Part shown: in pieces, positions 28,574 to 38,478 of the stretch | How the letters are laid out: each line of letters opens with the position of its first letter | How positions within the stretch are numbered: position 1 is the stretch's first letter | Origin: Spirochaetia bacterium | GTDB taxonomy: Bacteria > Spirochaetota > Spirochaetia > UBA9216 | DNA length: 64,000 bases | Reading direction: 5' to 3' | NCBI GenBank assembly: GCA_963677925.2 | Contig: CAXXYH010000004.1 | Span: forward strand, 1,600,001-1,664,000 | Position numbers and translations under genes: made by a program | Notes under the pieces: model-generated | Database searches by the model: none | What the model saw: only the letters and a program-made list of their open reading frames with translations | What the model was told of the DNA's origin: nothing

Positions 28574-30508
28574 ATGAAAACAGTAAGATTAACAGTAGCC
28601 CAGGCACTTGTCCGTTTCCTCGATAACCAGTGGATTGAGTTCGATGGAAAGCAGAATAAGATGTTCAGAGGGGTTTTTACAATTTTCGGTCACGGAAACG
28701 TAGTCGGTCTTGGACAGGCGCTGGAAGAGGATGCCGGCGAACTCATCGTTCACCAGGGAAAGAATGAGCAGGGTATGGGACATGCCGCCATGGGATTTGC
28801 CAAGCAGATGCTCAGGAAGCAGATCTATGTCTGTACCTCATCTGTCGGACCCGGAGCAGCCAATATGGTTACAGCAGCCGCCAATGCCACGGCAAACAGA
28901 ATTCCTGTACTTTTTCTGCCGGGCGATACCTATGCTACAAGACAGCCGGATCCTGTTCTGCAGCAGGTTGAGAGATTCAGCGACTATACGGTAACCGTAA
29001 ACGATTCATTCAAGGCTGTAAGCCAGTACTGGGACAGGGTAAACCGTCCTGAACAGCTTATGACCGCTATGATAAATGCGGTGAGAGTGCTTACCGATCC
29101 TGCTGACACCGGCGCAGTAACTGTTGCGCTTCCGCAGGATGTTGAGGGAGAGGCATATGATTACCCTGAATCATTTTTTGATAAGCGTGTACATAGAATA
29201 GAAAGAAGACCGCCGACTGATGCTATGATAGCCGATGCGGTTAAGGCGGTTAAGGCTGCCAAAAAGCCGATGCTGATTTGCGGAGGGGGTGTACGCTACT
29301 CTGAGGCTGCCGAAGAATTCAGGAAATTTGCCGAGGAATTCAATATTCCCTTCGGTGAAACCCAGGCAGGCAAGTCCGCAATTGTATGGGATCATGAACT
29401 GAATCTCGGCGGTGTCGGAACAACCGGCAACCTCGCTGCAAATCTTATTGCTCCGGAAGCCGATCTTGTAATCGGAGTGGGTACAAGATATACCGACTTC
29501 ACAACAGCATCTAAATGGCTCTATCAGAATGAAGATGTCAAGTTTGTTAATATAAACGTAGCGCCTTTTGACAGCTACAAGATGGACGCTGTCAGGGTAA
29601 CTGCCGATGCGGGTGCAGCATTATCAAAGCTGACTGATGCACTTAAGGCTGATGGTTATAAGAGCAGCTGGAAGAACGAGATTGCAGACGCCCGGGCCAA
29701 ATGGGCAGCTGAACTGCAGAGGCTCTATGAAATTGATTTTACAGGTGAAGGCTTTGTTCCCGAGGTTGATGGTCAGCGTGATGAGATTCTTCCTGAATTC
29801 TACAGTCAGTTCGGTGCTGCACTCACTCAGACCAAGGTTTTAGGATTGCTTGATGCCAACCTTGCCGATGATTCAATTGTTGTAGGTGCTGCAGGGTCAC
29901 TCCCTGGAGATCTCCAGAGGGTCTGGCGGGCTAAAAGGCCTGAAACATACCATATGGAATACGGTTTTTCATGTATGGGTTATGAAATAAATGCTGCACT
30001 TGGTGTTAAGCTGGCCTGTCCTGAACAGGAAGTATATGCACTGGTCGGAGACGGTTCCTACATGATGCTTCATTCCGAACTGGTTACCGCCGTTCAGGAA
30101 GGCCGGAAGATAAATGTAATTCTTCTGGATAATGCCTCCTTCGGCTGTATCAATAATCTTCAGATGGAGCACGGTCAGGGCAGCTTCGGTACTGAAACCA
30201 GGCATAGAAATCCTGAAACCGGTAAACTTGACGGACCTTTTATCAATATCGATTATGCAATGAGCGCGGCAGCCTACGGCTGTAAAACCTATACTGCCAA
30301 AACAGAGGACGAACTTGTTGCCGCATTGGAAGATGCGAAGAAGCAGACTGTATCAACTCTAATCGACATCAAGGTTCTTCCCAAAACCATGACTCACGGT
30401 TATGAGGCTTTCTGGAGGGTCGGCAGTGCTGAAGTTGCTAAGAATCCCGAGATCGTCAACCTGAACAGGAATATGAAGGAAGAGCTTAAGAAAGCCAGAA
30501 AGTATTAA
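28574..30508 (+). CDS. iolD: THcHDO acylhydrolase (ThDP-dependent)
   Basis: [12 protein letters not shown] (start moved to 28574), [27 protein letters not shown]...N. Confidence 0.95.
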   Translation: MKTVRLTVAQALVRFLDNQWIEFDGKQNKMFRGVFTIFGHGNVVGLGQALEEDAGELIVHQGKNEQGMGHAAMGFAKQMLRKQIYVCTSSVGPGAANMVTAAANATANRIPVLFLPGDTYATRQPDPVLQQVERFSDYTVTVNDSFKAVSQYWDRVNRPEQLMTAMINAVRVLTDPADTGAVTVALPQDVEGEAYDYPESFFDKRVHRIERRPPTDAMIADAVKAVKAAKKPMLICGGGVRYSEAAEEFRKFAEEFNIPFGETQAGKSAIVWDHELNLGGVGTTGNLAANLIAPEADLVIGVGTRYTDFTTASKWLYQNEDVKFVNINVAPFDSYKMDAVRVTADAGAALSKLTDALKADGYKSSWKNEIADARAKWAAELQRLYEIDFTGEGFVPEVDGQRDEILPEFYSQFGAALTQTKVLGLLDANLADDSIVVGAAGSLPGDLQRVWRAKRPETYHMEYGFSCMGYEINAALGVKLACPEQEVYALVGDGSYMMLHSELVTAVQEGRKINVILLDNASFGCINNLQMEHGQGSFGTETRHRNPETGKLDGPFINIDYAMSAAAYGCKTYTAKTEDELVAALEDAKKQTVSTLIDIKVLPKTMTHGYEAFWRVGSAEVAKNPEIVNLNRNMKEELKKARKY

Positions 30509-30555
30509 AAATATCTCGCAAAATATTTAATAATTGTTTTATAATCATGATAACC

Positions 30556-30588
30556 GGGGCAGACAAGCTTATTGTTCTGCCCTTTTTA
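30556..30588 (+). terminator. Probable terminator after iolD
   Basis: GGGCAGACAA/TTGTTCTGCCC stem followed by a T-tract. Confidence 0.55.
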
Positions 30589-30604
30589 TTACCGTGGAGT
30601 CTTT

Positions 30605-31534
30605 GTGGAAGTGAAACTGTCAAACAAAAAAATGATAGGATGGTCAGTTGTTATTACTCTCTGTGCATTGTCCTGGGGAGGTATTCATCCCTCACTTAAA
30701 AGTGTACTAAATTCGGGCATGGCTCCTTTTCTGGCTGCCTTTCTTCGGTTTTTTATTGCCTCACTGACAACCCTGCCTTTCTGTTTAAAAAAATCAGAGG
30801 GCCGGAAGATGCTTGTTTTCAGGGATGCTGCAGTTATGGCAGTTCTGGGCCTCTACGGCGTAGGTTTCTTCTCACTGCTTTTAAGCTTCGGGCTCAGCTA
30901 CACGAATGCAACGAGCAGTTCGATTCTTATCAATTCCCAGCCTGTTTTCACTGTGTTTCTGGCGGCAGTGCTTCTTAAAGATAAAATAAAGACCCGGCCT
31001 CTGCTTGGTCTGATTCTCGGATGCTTCGGAATTATAATGGTTGTGACAAGGGGAGACTTTACCTCGCTTTCATTTGCCGATGATTATCTGATAGGTAACC
31101 TTATGTGTCTTGCTGGAGCTTTTTTTATCAGTCTGCATTATGTCTACCTGAAAAAATATATAAATATCTACGGATCAACTATTCCAAGTCTGATAACTTC
31201 AGTTTCGGGTGCAATAGTACTGCTTTTTGCCGCAATTGCGGGCGGCGCTGATTTTCGAAGCCTTGCAGATGTAAGTCCTGTCTCATGGCTGCAGATGCTT
31301 TATATAGGGGTTATTGCAACGGGATTATCCAATATTATTTTCAACAAGGCTCTGCATGTAATCGGTATCACAAAGGCTATCGGATTCAAGTTTCTTGTTC
31401 CGGTATTCGGAGTGGTTCTCTCCATTATACTTCTGGGTGAAAGAGCCAATCTCTGGGTTTATCTGGGTATTGCCGTTGTTCTTGCAGCAATAATGTTTAT
31501 ACAGATTCCCGGTAAAGCTAAAAAAAACGGCTGA
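30605..31534 (+). CDS. DMT/EamA-family transporter
   Basis: About 10 TM segments in two EamA halves; GTG at 30605 follows GGAG (start uncertain). Confidence 0.85.
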   Translation: MEVKLSNKKMIGWSVVITLCALSWGGIHPSLKSVLNSGMAPFLAAFLRFFIASLTTLPFCLKKSEGRKMLVFRDAAVMAVLGLYGVGFFSLLLSFGLSYTNATSSSILINSQPVFTVFLAAVLLKDKIKTRPLLGLILGCFGIIMVVTRGDFTSLSFADDYLIGNLMCLAGAFFISLHYVYLKKYINIYGSTIPSLITSVSGAIVLLFAAIAGGADFRSLADVSPVSWLQMLYIGVIATGLSNIIFNKALHVIGITKAIGFKFLVPVFGVVLSIILLGERANLWVYLGIAVVLAAIMFIQIPGKAKKNG

Positions 31535-31578
31535 TTTAGTACTATCAGCCGTTTTCGGTGATCCTCTGAGCTTTTCTA

Positions 31579-31962
31579 TCAGCTTACTTTCTTGTCAATC
31601 TCTCTGAGTTTTTTTGTTGTCTCATTAATTCTGTATTCAATTGAATTAAGCATCCAGAAGATAAAGTGATTATATTTGTGCTGTGAATGTATCATCCATA
31701 CAATTTTGATTGATACAAGCAGGATTGATACTTCGATTGAGATATTACTTGGAAGCCAGTGTGTTGTAACTTCAAGTATGAAAAAAGTGAGAATCAGAAA
31801 GAGAAAGGCAATGTTTATAATATTGTCTCTTTTTGAATATGTCTGTCCCCCGATGCCTCCGATGAGGGTTTTTATTCTTTCTTTTTCCTTGTTGAATTCT
31901 GCTATCTCTTCCTGCAGCTGGAGCTGCTCTTCCTTAAGTTTTTCAAGATGTTCATTGTCCAT
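31579..31962 (-). CDS. Hypothetical membrane protein (coiled coil + 2 TM)
   Basis: GGAGG SD, Glu/Lys-rich helix, two hydrophobic segments. Confidence 0.7.
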   Translation of the reverse strand: MDNEHLEKLKEEQLQLQEEIAEFNKEKERIKTLIGGIGGQTYSKRDNIINIAFLFLILTFFILEVTTHWLPSNISIEVSILLVSIKIVWMIHSQHKYNHFIFWMLNSIEYRINETTKKLREIDKKVS

Positions 31963-32048
31963 TTTATGCGCCTCCGTGAGTGGAATTATACCAGTATACT
32001 AACGTTAAGTAAAATATACATTGAGAAATTATTAGGCTGTGATTCTGA

Positions 32049-32810
32049 TTATTTTCTATATCCCATATTAAGTGATATCTCTTCAGCTGCGGATTTCACT
32101 TCCTGTGATATCTCGGGGATTCTTTCAGCGGTAAATGTAATAACTGTCGAGGTTATCCCGACTGCACCGATGCAATTTCCTTCACTATTGAAAATCGGTG
32201 CTGCACAGCATCTGATATCATCTGCAAATTCAAGTTCATCAAGGGAAAATCCCTGTTCGCGGATTTTTTCTGTTTCCTTTCTCATCTGCTGAGGTGTCAC
32301 TATTGTGTGTTCTGTTCTGGCAGGCATGCTGTTGCCGGTCAGGTATTCATCAAGAGTGAAATTGCTTTCCATTGCAAGAAATATCTTCCCATGGGATGTG
32401 CAGTAGAGCGGAAAGAGGCTTCCGACCGGTGAAGAGAAACGAATAGGATGAGTGGTCAGTACCACATCCAGTATCATTGACTGCATGCCGACCGGTACTG
32501 CCAGATGTGCGGTTTCACCTGTTTTTTCCATTAATTTAATAAGGTATGGATTCACTACAGCCTTCAAATCTCTTCTCGACAGTGTCTGAAGCCCGTAATG
32601 AATGAGCATGCTGCCTAGAAAATATCTGTCACCCCGTTTTTCTATAATCAGCTCTTTTTCAAGTGTGAATAAAATTTTATAGACTGTTGTCTTCGCTATA
32701 CCGCTTTTTTTTACCAGATCGCTGAGTGTAAGCCCTTCATCATGCTCGGAGATATATTTTATTACATTAAAAGTTTTTTCCAGTACCGGAACATTATAAC
32801 TTGCTGCCAT
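32049..32810 (-). CDS. IclR-family regulator (KdgR-like role)
   Basis: HTH GIAKTTVYKILFTL, GETAHL, PLYCTSHGK, CCAAPI. Confidence 0.92.
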   Translation of the reverse strand: MAASYNVPVLEKTFNVIKYISEHDEGLTLSDLVKKSGIAKTTVYKILFTLEKELIIEKRGDRYFLGSMLIHYGLQTLSRRDLKAVVNPYLIKLMEKTGETAHLAVPVGMQSMILDVVLTTHPIRFSSPVGSLFPLYCTSHGKIFLAMESNFTLDEYLTGNSMPARTEHTIVTPQQMRKETEKIREQGFSLDELEFADDIRCCAAPIFNSEGNCIGAVGITSTVITFTAERIPEISQEVKSAAEEISLNMGYRK

Positions 32811-32876
32811 GCTTACCTGCCTGTTGATAATACAGAATAATGATAATTCTGCATAGGGCAGGGCGCCGGCTATCCC

Positions 32877-33638
32877 CTAACGGGAAAGCCAGCCTCCGTC
32901 TACTGCTATTGTAAAACCGTTTATATAGTCGGATGCTGCCGACGACAGAAAGACCGCTGTTCCTGCCAGGTCGGATGGGTTTCCCCAGCGTCCGGCAGGT
33001 ATCCTTGCAAGGATTTCATTATACCTTTTTTTATCGGAACGCAGTGCTTCGGTATTGTTTGTGATCATATAACCCGGAGCAATTGCATTCACATTAATAT
33101 TATGCGCAGCCCATTCATTAGCAAGCAGGCGGGTTAATCCGAGAACTCCGCTTTTGCTGGAGGTGTAGGATGCTACCCTTATGCCGCCCTGGAAAGAAAG
33201 CATTGAAGCAATATTTATTATTTTCCCTCCGCGGTTTTGTTTTATCATCTGCTTCCCCGCCGCCTGTGACAGGAAGAATAAAGATTTAAGGTTGATATTC
33301 ATTACATCATCCCAGTCTTTTTCACTGAATTCTACTGCATCCTCCCGTCTGATTATCCCTGCATTATTAACAAGGATATCAATAGAACCGAAGGCTTCAA
33401 GGGTTTCACTGATTATCCTGTCAACCGGTTCCGTGCTGATCAGATCAGCTTCAATCCATTCAAATTGTCCGCCTGACTTTTTAATTTTCCCGGAGGTTTC
33501 CTCGGGCCTGGTTTTGCCGATTCCAGCAATATTTGCACCAGCTTCCGCAAGCCCGCAGCAGATTGCCTGACCGAGGCCGGTTGAGCTGCCAGTTACGATA
33601 GCGGTTTTCCCCTTGAGCGAAAACTGATCAAGAATCAT
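32877..33638 (-). CDS. kduD: 2-dehydro-3-deoxy-D-gluconate 5-dehydrogenase
   Basis: TGSSTGLG, NNAGIIRR, ASMLSFQGGIRV, YTSSK, VDGGWL. Confidence 0.93.
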   Translation of the reverse strand: MILDQFSLKGKTAIVTGSSTGLGQAICCGLAEAGANIAGIGKTRPEETSGKIKKSGGQFEWIEADLISTEPVDRIISETLEAFGSIDILVNNAGIIRREDAVEFSEKDWDDVMNINLKSLFFLSQAAGKQMIKQNRGGKIINIASMLSFQGGIRVASYTSSKSGVLGLTRLLANEWAAHNINVNAIAPGYMITNNTEALRSDKKRYNEILARIPAGRWGNPSDLAGTAVFLSSAASDYINGFTIAVDGGWLSR

Positions 33639-34465
33639 TTCAGTTCCTCCATCGGAACACCGTCCATATCAGTAAATGTCTGGTTTTCACCTACCATTCC
33701 CCAAATGAAAGTGTAGTTTTTTGTTCCTGCCCCTGAGTGTATAGACCAGCTTGGGGAAATTACTGCTTCTTCGTTTCGTACAACAATGTGCCTTGTTTCA
33801 TCAGGCGTTCCCATCAGATGAAATACGACAGTATCCTTCTCCATGTCAAAATAAAAATACACTTCCATTCGTCGTTCATGTGTATGTACAGGCATTGTGT
33901 TCCATATACAGTTCGGTTCAAGTATAGTCATACCCATGCAGAGCTGGCAGGTCTCTAAGACCGCAGGATGCAGATACTGATGAATAGTCCTCTTGTTTGA
34001 TTCCTCCAGGGACCCGAGTTTTACCTGTTTTGTTTCTGAAAGCGGAATCCATTTTGAAGGGTAGGCTGCATGGGCCGGACCTGAGAGCATGTAGAATTTA
34101 GCCGGCTCCTTCTGATTTTCACTGGTGAATGAAATCTCCCTGGTCCCCATACCAATATAGAAACCGTCGCTTTTCTCCATAATATAGCTTTTACCGTCTA
34201 TATTAAGGCTGCCTTTACCTCCGACATTTATAATGCCGCCCTCTCTTCTTTCAAAGAAGAAATCGCTGGCAAGTTCGGTTCCGGCCTCAAGTTTCAGGGG
34301 TTTTCCTGCAGGCATGATGCCTGAAGTTATGATTCGATCGAAATGGCTGTAAATAAGACTTATACTGTTTTCGACGAACAGGCTGCTGATAAGAAATTCA
34401 TCCCTCAGTTCAGTTGTTTCCATTTTTTTAGCATGGTCCGGATGTACCGGATAACGAATATCCAT
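33635..34465 (-). CDS. kduI: 5-dehydro-4-deoxy-D-glucuronate isomerase
   Basis: YSHFDR, WNTMPVHTHERRMEVY, SPSWSIHSG, WGMVGENQ. Confidence 0.95.
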   Translation of the reverse strand: MDIRYPVHPDHAKKMETTELRDEFLISSLFVENSISLIYSHFDRIITSGIMPAGKPLKLEAGTELASDFFFERREGGIINVGGKGSLNIDGKSYIMEKSDGFYIGMGTREISFTSENQKEPAKFYMLSGPAHAAYPSKWIPLSETKQVKLGSLEESNKRTIHQYLHPAVLETCQLCMGMTILEPNCIWNTMPVHTHERRMEVYFYFDMEKDTVVFHLMGTPDETRHIVVRNEEAVISPSWSIHSGAGTKNYTFIWGMVGENQTFTDMDGVPMEELK

Positions 34466-34480
34466 TTAGAACTCCTTGGA

Positions 34481-35755
34481 TTACATTAGTATTGACGGCA
34501 GCCATAAGGTAAGCTGCGGTATAAAAGTGATGACAACCAGGGTTGTCAGATTTGCAGTGAGAAATGGCAGTGCCGATTTGAAGATTGTTCCTATTTCAAG
34601 TCCGGAAAGTGAAGATGCCACATTCAGGCACATTCCGACCGGGGGGGTAACAAGACCCACCGCAAGACCTGATATAAGTATTACACCGAACTGTACAGCA
34701 TTAATGCCCAGAATTGAAGCAATAGGCAGAAAAACGGGGGTAAGAAGAAGTATGGCCGGGGTAACATCAAGAAAAGTTCCTGCCAGCAGGATGATTACAT
34801 CAATTATCAGAAGAACAACAAAGGGCGGAATATCAAGGCCTGATACAAACATACCGAGGGTTTCAGGAACTCTCTCGATGGCAAGAATCCAGATATACAG
34901 TTTTGATAGTGCTATAATAATCATAACTCTGGCACTTGTAAAAGCGGCATCTCTGATCAGCGGAGGCAGGTCCCTGAGTTTAAGGCTTTTGAAAACAAAC
35001 ATCCCGATTATCAATGCATACAGTACTCCAATACCTGCCGATTCAGTAGCAGTGGCTATTCCCAGAACCACTGAGCCGATAACAAAAAGCGGCATTATGA
35101 GAGCCAGCACCGAACGCTGAATGGTTATTGCAGTTTCAGCAGCTCCCGGTTTTACTTCTTCTCGCGGATGCTGTTTTATGTAGCTTATAAGCAGTGTTAC
35201 GGCAAGCATTATCAGCCCGATCATTATTCCGGGTATTGCGCTCCCCAGAAATAGTCTTCCAACTGATTCCTCGGCTGCCATTGCATAGACAACCATCGGT
35301 ACACTCGGCGGAATAATCATACCCATTGTCGAAGATGCGACCGTTATGCCGCTTGCGTATTCCAGCGAATAGCCCTTTTTATTCATTTCGGGGATTAGTA
35401 TGGCTCCAACTGAAGCCGTGTCTGATACTGACGAACCGGATATCCCGCCGAAAATCATGCTTGCAAAAACGTTGACAAGACCCAAACCGCCGCGAAGTCT
35501 TCCTACAAAGAGCTGGCAGAACTCGATAAGCCTTCCGGTAATTCCGCTGGAGTTCATAAGGGAGCCCATAAGACAGAACAGCGGCAGAGCTATCATTGAA
35601 TATGACTGCATTCCGGCAAACAGCCGCTGGGGCAATATTGATATCAGTTCGGGCTGGAGAATGGTGAAATATAGAAAGCCGGAGATTCCAAGCGAGTATG
35701 CGATTGGGATTCCTAGAATCAATAAAATTGTAAGACTGATTAACAGTAATGCCAT
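34481..35755 (-). CDS. dctM: TRAP transporter large permease
   Basis: FGGISGSSVSD, IIPPSVP, TATESA, TPPVG. Confidence 0.92.
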   Translation of the reverse strand: MALLLISLTILLILGIPIAYSLGISGFLYFTILQPELISILPQRLFAGMQSYSMIALPLFCLMGSLMNSSGITGRLIEFCQLFVGRLRGGLGLVNVFASMIFGGISGSSVSDTASVGAILIPEMNKKGYSLEYASGITVASSTMGMIIPPSVPMVVYAMAAEESVGRLFLGSAIPGIMIGLIMLAVTLLISYIKQHPREEVKPGAAETAITIQRSVLALIMPLFVIGSVVLGIATATESAGIGVLYALIIGMFVFKSLKLRDLPPLIRDAAFTSARVMIIIALSKLYIWILAIERVPETLGMFVSGLDIPPFVVLLIIDVIILLAGTFLDVTPAILLLTPVFLPIASILGINAVQFGVILISGLAVGLVTPPVGMCLNVASSLSGLEIGTIFKSALPFLTANLTTLVVITFIPQLTLWLPSILM

Positions 35756-36228
35756 TACCTTTGCGCTCCTCTGATTCTGATCTTAAATATGTTGAAAAAG
35801 CAATAGAGTATTGACATTCCGCAGCTCAGGGGTACGCTCATCTGGATGTATTTCATGGGGATTCTAAGCACAGGAGATTCAGATGTACCTACCTTGGAAA
35901 TCCATGGAAGGCTGTATTTAATAAAGACAATATTCAGAACAGCAATCAGAACAATTCCAATAATTTCAACAGCAGCTTTTGCCGGTACTGGAAGGTTGTC
36001 GGTAAACACTCCGATTCGTATATGTTCATGTGTGCCTATTGATACTGCAGCCCCTATCGCTGTTGTATAAAGAAACAGGAATTCAAGCATTTCATTTCCG
36101 CCTGTAATTCCTGTGTTGAATACATATCTGAGAATTACCAGAAGAATTGTCAGAATCACTATTATCGAAAAGAGTACAGTTAATACGGCGGAAAAAATCC
36201 TGTTCAGTATAGTTTCAAATTTCATCAT
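35755..36228 (-). CDS. dctQ: TRAP transporter small permease
   Basis: 4 TM segments, LRYVFN, HIRI, SPVLRIP. Confidence 0.88.
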   Translation of the reverse strand: MMKFETILNRIFSAVLTVLFSIIVILTILLVILRYVFNTGITGGNEMLEFLFLYTTAIGAAVSIGTHEHIRIGVFTDNLPVPAKAAVEIIGIVLIAVLNIVFIKYSLPWISKVGTSESPVLRIPMKYIQMSVPLSCGMSILYCFFNIFKIRIRGAQR

Positions 36229-36284
36229 CTTGAAAAAGTCTCCTGAAGGGATAGTCCGGCAGGACCAGGCCTGCCGGCTGATAT

Positions 36285-37310
36285 CTATTTTGCTGCATTA
36301 AGAATGCTGTTTATCTCATCCCATGTGAAATATCCGTCATCTACATATCCCTGCCATACCGGTTTAACTGCATTGACGAATTCTGCATGAGCAGAAGATG
36401 AAAGCTCGTTTACATCAAGGTTGTCCTTTAAGGTATAAAAATAATCCTTTTCTGATCCCAGCCATACTTCATTGGAATACTTCATTGTTGATTCCGCAAC
36501 TGAATCAAATACAGCTTTAAGATCATCCGGAAGACTCCGGTACCAGTCCGGATTAACATAGAAAGGATCCGGATGAATCTGCCAGTTGACGACTGAAAGG
36601 TATTTCTGTGCTTCATAGAATTTCATATCTACAGTATTAGAGAAGGGATTTTCCTGGCCGTCTACTACACCTGTTTTAAGAGCCATGTATGTTTCTGTAT
36701 ATGCTACCTGCTGGGGGTTAGCCCCGATGGCTTTGAAAGTTTTAATTGTCATATCAATCGGCGGGGTTCTCATTTTGATACCCTTCAGATCTGCAACACT
36801 GGTTATCGGGCGTACATTATTTGTAATGTTTCTGAATCCGCCAGCTACTCCGCATGCCGGAACATATATACCGTTTTCAAGAGCTCCCTGGTTTATCCCT
36901 GCTCCTATTGCTCCGAACATTATATCCTGTACCTGGTCGGTCGTATTGAACATGAACGGCAGTGTGTAGATAAGATATTTTTTATTAACTCTTTCAAATA
37001 GTCCGCCTCTTGATCCCTGGATATTTCCAATCTTGACCATATCAAGGACTTCCGCCTCGGTGCCCAGCACTCCGTTAAAATAAAGTTCAACGGATATTCT
37101 TCCGTTGCTCGCTTTTTCCAGCTGCTCCTTAAAGAAGTCCATTGATTTACTTCTTGGATGGGTCGGAGACTGGGTATGTGCGTATTTAAACACAAAGCTC
37201 TGTGCAGGTTCAGCTGCACCTGTTTCCGGGGCTGATTCCTTCTGTCCTTCTGCAAAGGCAGCTCCTAGAATGACCACAGCAGTTAAAAGGATTGCTGTCA
37301 GTTTTTTCAT
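36285..37310 (-). CDS. dctP: TRAP substrate-binding protein
   Basis: Start moved to 37310 after AGGAGG; DLKGIKMRT, LKTGVVDGQENP. Confidence 0.92.
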   Translation of the reverse strand: MKKLTAILLTAVVILGAAFAEGQKESAPETGAAEPAQSFVFKYAHTQSPTHPRSKSMDFFKEQLEKASNGRISVELYFNGVLGTEAEVLDMVKIGNIQGSRGGLFERVNKKYLIYTLPFMFNTTDQVQDIMFGAIGAGINQGALENGIYVPACGVAGGFRNITNNVRPITSVADLKGIKMRTPPIDMTIKTFKAIGANPQQVAYTETYMALKTGVVDGQENPFSNTVDMKFYEAQKYLSVVNWQIHPDPFYVNPDWYRSLPDDLKAVFDSVAESTMKYSNEVWLGSEKDYFYTLKDNLDVNELSSSAHAEFVNAVKPVWQGYVDDGYFTWDEINSILNAAK

Positions 37311-37326
37311 AATAAACACCTCCTGT

Positions 37327-37367
37327 ACAGTGTTCCCTATTATAAACACTGTTCCTGAATGTGAACA
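37327..37367. promoter_or_regulatory. Candidate IclR operator overlapping the -10 of the TRAP-kdu operon
   Basis: ACAGTGTT-N10-AACACTGT enclosing a minus-strand TATAAT (37339-37344); two tandem TGTTC-N8-RAACA units. Confidence 0.6.
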
Positions 37368-37410
37368 TATTAACATCATCAAAATATGCTGTCAAATTTT
37401 TTTCTGAATT

Positions 37411-38277
37411 TTAATTACGATATTCGGTAGGAGAGAGCCCTGTTATCTTTTTAAATTGGCGGCTGAGGTAGTTGCTGTCTGTGTAGCCTGTTTCATAGGC
37501 TATCTCAGTAATGCTCATATCGGTAGTTTTCAGCAGCCTGCGAACCTGCTGAATGCGCATCCTGCTGTGGTATTCAATAGGACTTAATCCGGTATTTTTC
37601 TTGAACAGCCGAAGAAGGCTGCTTTCAGACATTCCGGCAATTCCAAGTATTTCAGCAATATTTACAAAACGGCTGGAATTCTGCTCAAGATAATTGAGAA
37701 TACTGCTTATTCTGGACAGTTCCTTCATCTCAGGGACATCACTTGATTCATAATGTCTGCTCAGGTATGCGGCAAGCTGCATGAATAGCGAGATGCTCAT
37801 GAAACGGTATCCGGGGTGTTTCAATTCAAGTTCTGTTTCGATCAGTTTTATATAATCAAGTGCTTCAGCTAGATCCTTTCGTTTGAGTCTCAAACGGCTT
37901 TTAAACTTCAGCTCACTTCGCAGCCTCGGTTCCCAGGTGAAAAGAGCGTGGTAGCCTTTAATGTCGAAAAGATCCATACCGGGCAGATAGAGGTTCTCAC
38001 GGTCAAACAGGATGTTTACGAGTTTAAGATCATCAATTTCACGGTAGCCGTGTGCTCTGTCTCCATGCAGCACAAAAACATCACCGCGTTTTACTGTGTA
38101 TTCCTCATCCTCGGTAAAATGCACCCCCTTTCCATTATATACAATAACCAGCTCTGAAAAATCATGTGTATGACTGGGAAAGGGTATCTGCGGAGCGCGG
38201 TTTAGCACGGTAAGATGAAGATCCGGGTTGGGGAAAACATCGCTGTGTTTAAGGTGGCTTTTAATAGATTCCGGCAT
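37411..38277 (-). CDS. AraC-family activator, RhaR/RhaS-like
   Basis: HTHDFSELVIV cupin sensor, LVNILF, C-terminal GYTDSNYLSRQFKK; divergent from rhaA. Confidence 0.9.
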   Translation of the reverse strand: MPESIKSHLKHSDVFPNPDLHLTVLNRAPQIPFPSHTHDFSELVIVYNGKGVHFTEDEEYTVKRGDVFVLHGDRAHGYREIDDLKLVNILFDRENLYLPGMDLFDIKGYHALFTWEPRLRSELKFKSRLRLKRKDLAEALDYIKLIETELELKHPGYRFMSISLFMQLAAYLSRHYESSDVPEMKELSRISSILNYLEQNSSRFVNIAEILGIAGMSESSLLRLFKKNTGLSPIEYHSRMRIQQVRRLLKTTDMSITEIAYETGYTDSNYLSRQFKKITGLSPTEYRN

Positions 38278-38478
38278 ATGACGGAATTGTGCTAAAAATA
38301 GACTGTTTAGTCAAGGCGGATTTTCCACACCCGTTTTACACTGAATAAACACCGCACCGTAATGTGCTGTGTATGTCTTGAAGTTGCCGGGAAGAGCTTT
38401 GAAAGCTTCACAATGCAACTTCATGTTTTCACTTGCCATCAGGGCAGGATTTTATGAAAATTAACTAAGGAGTGTTTT

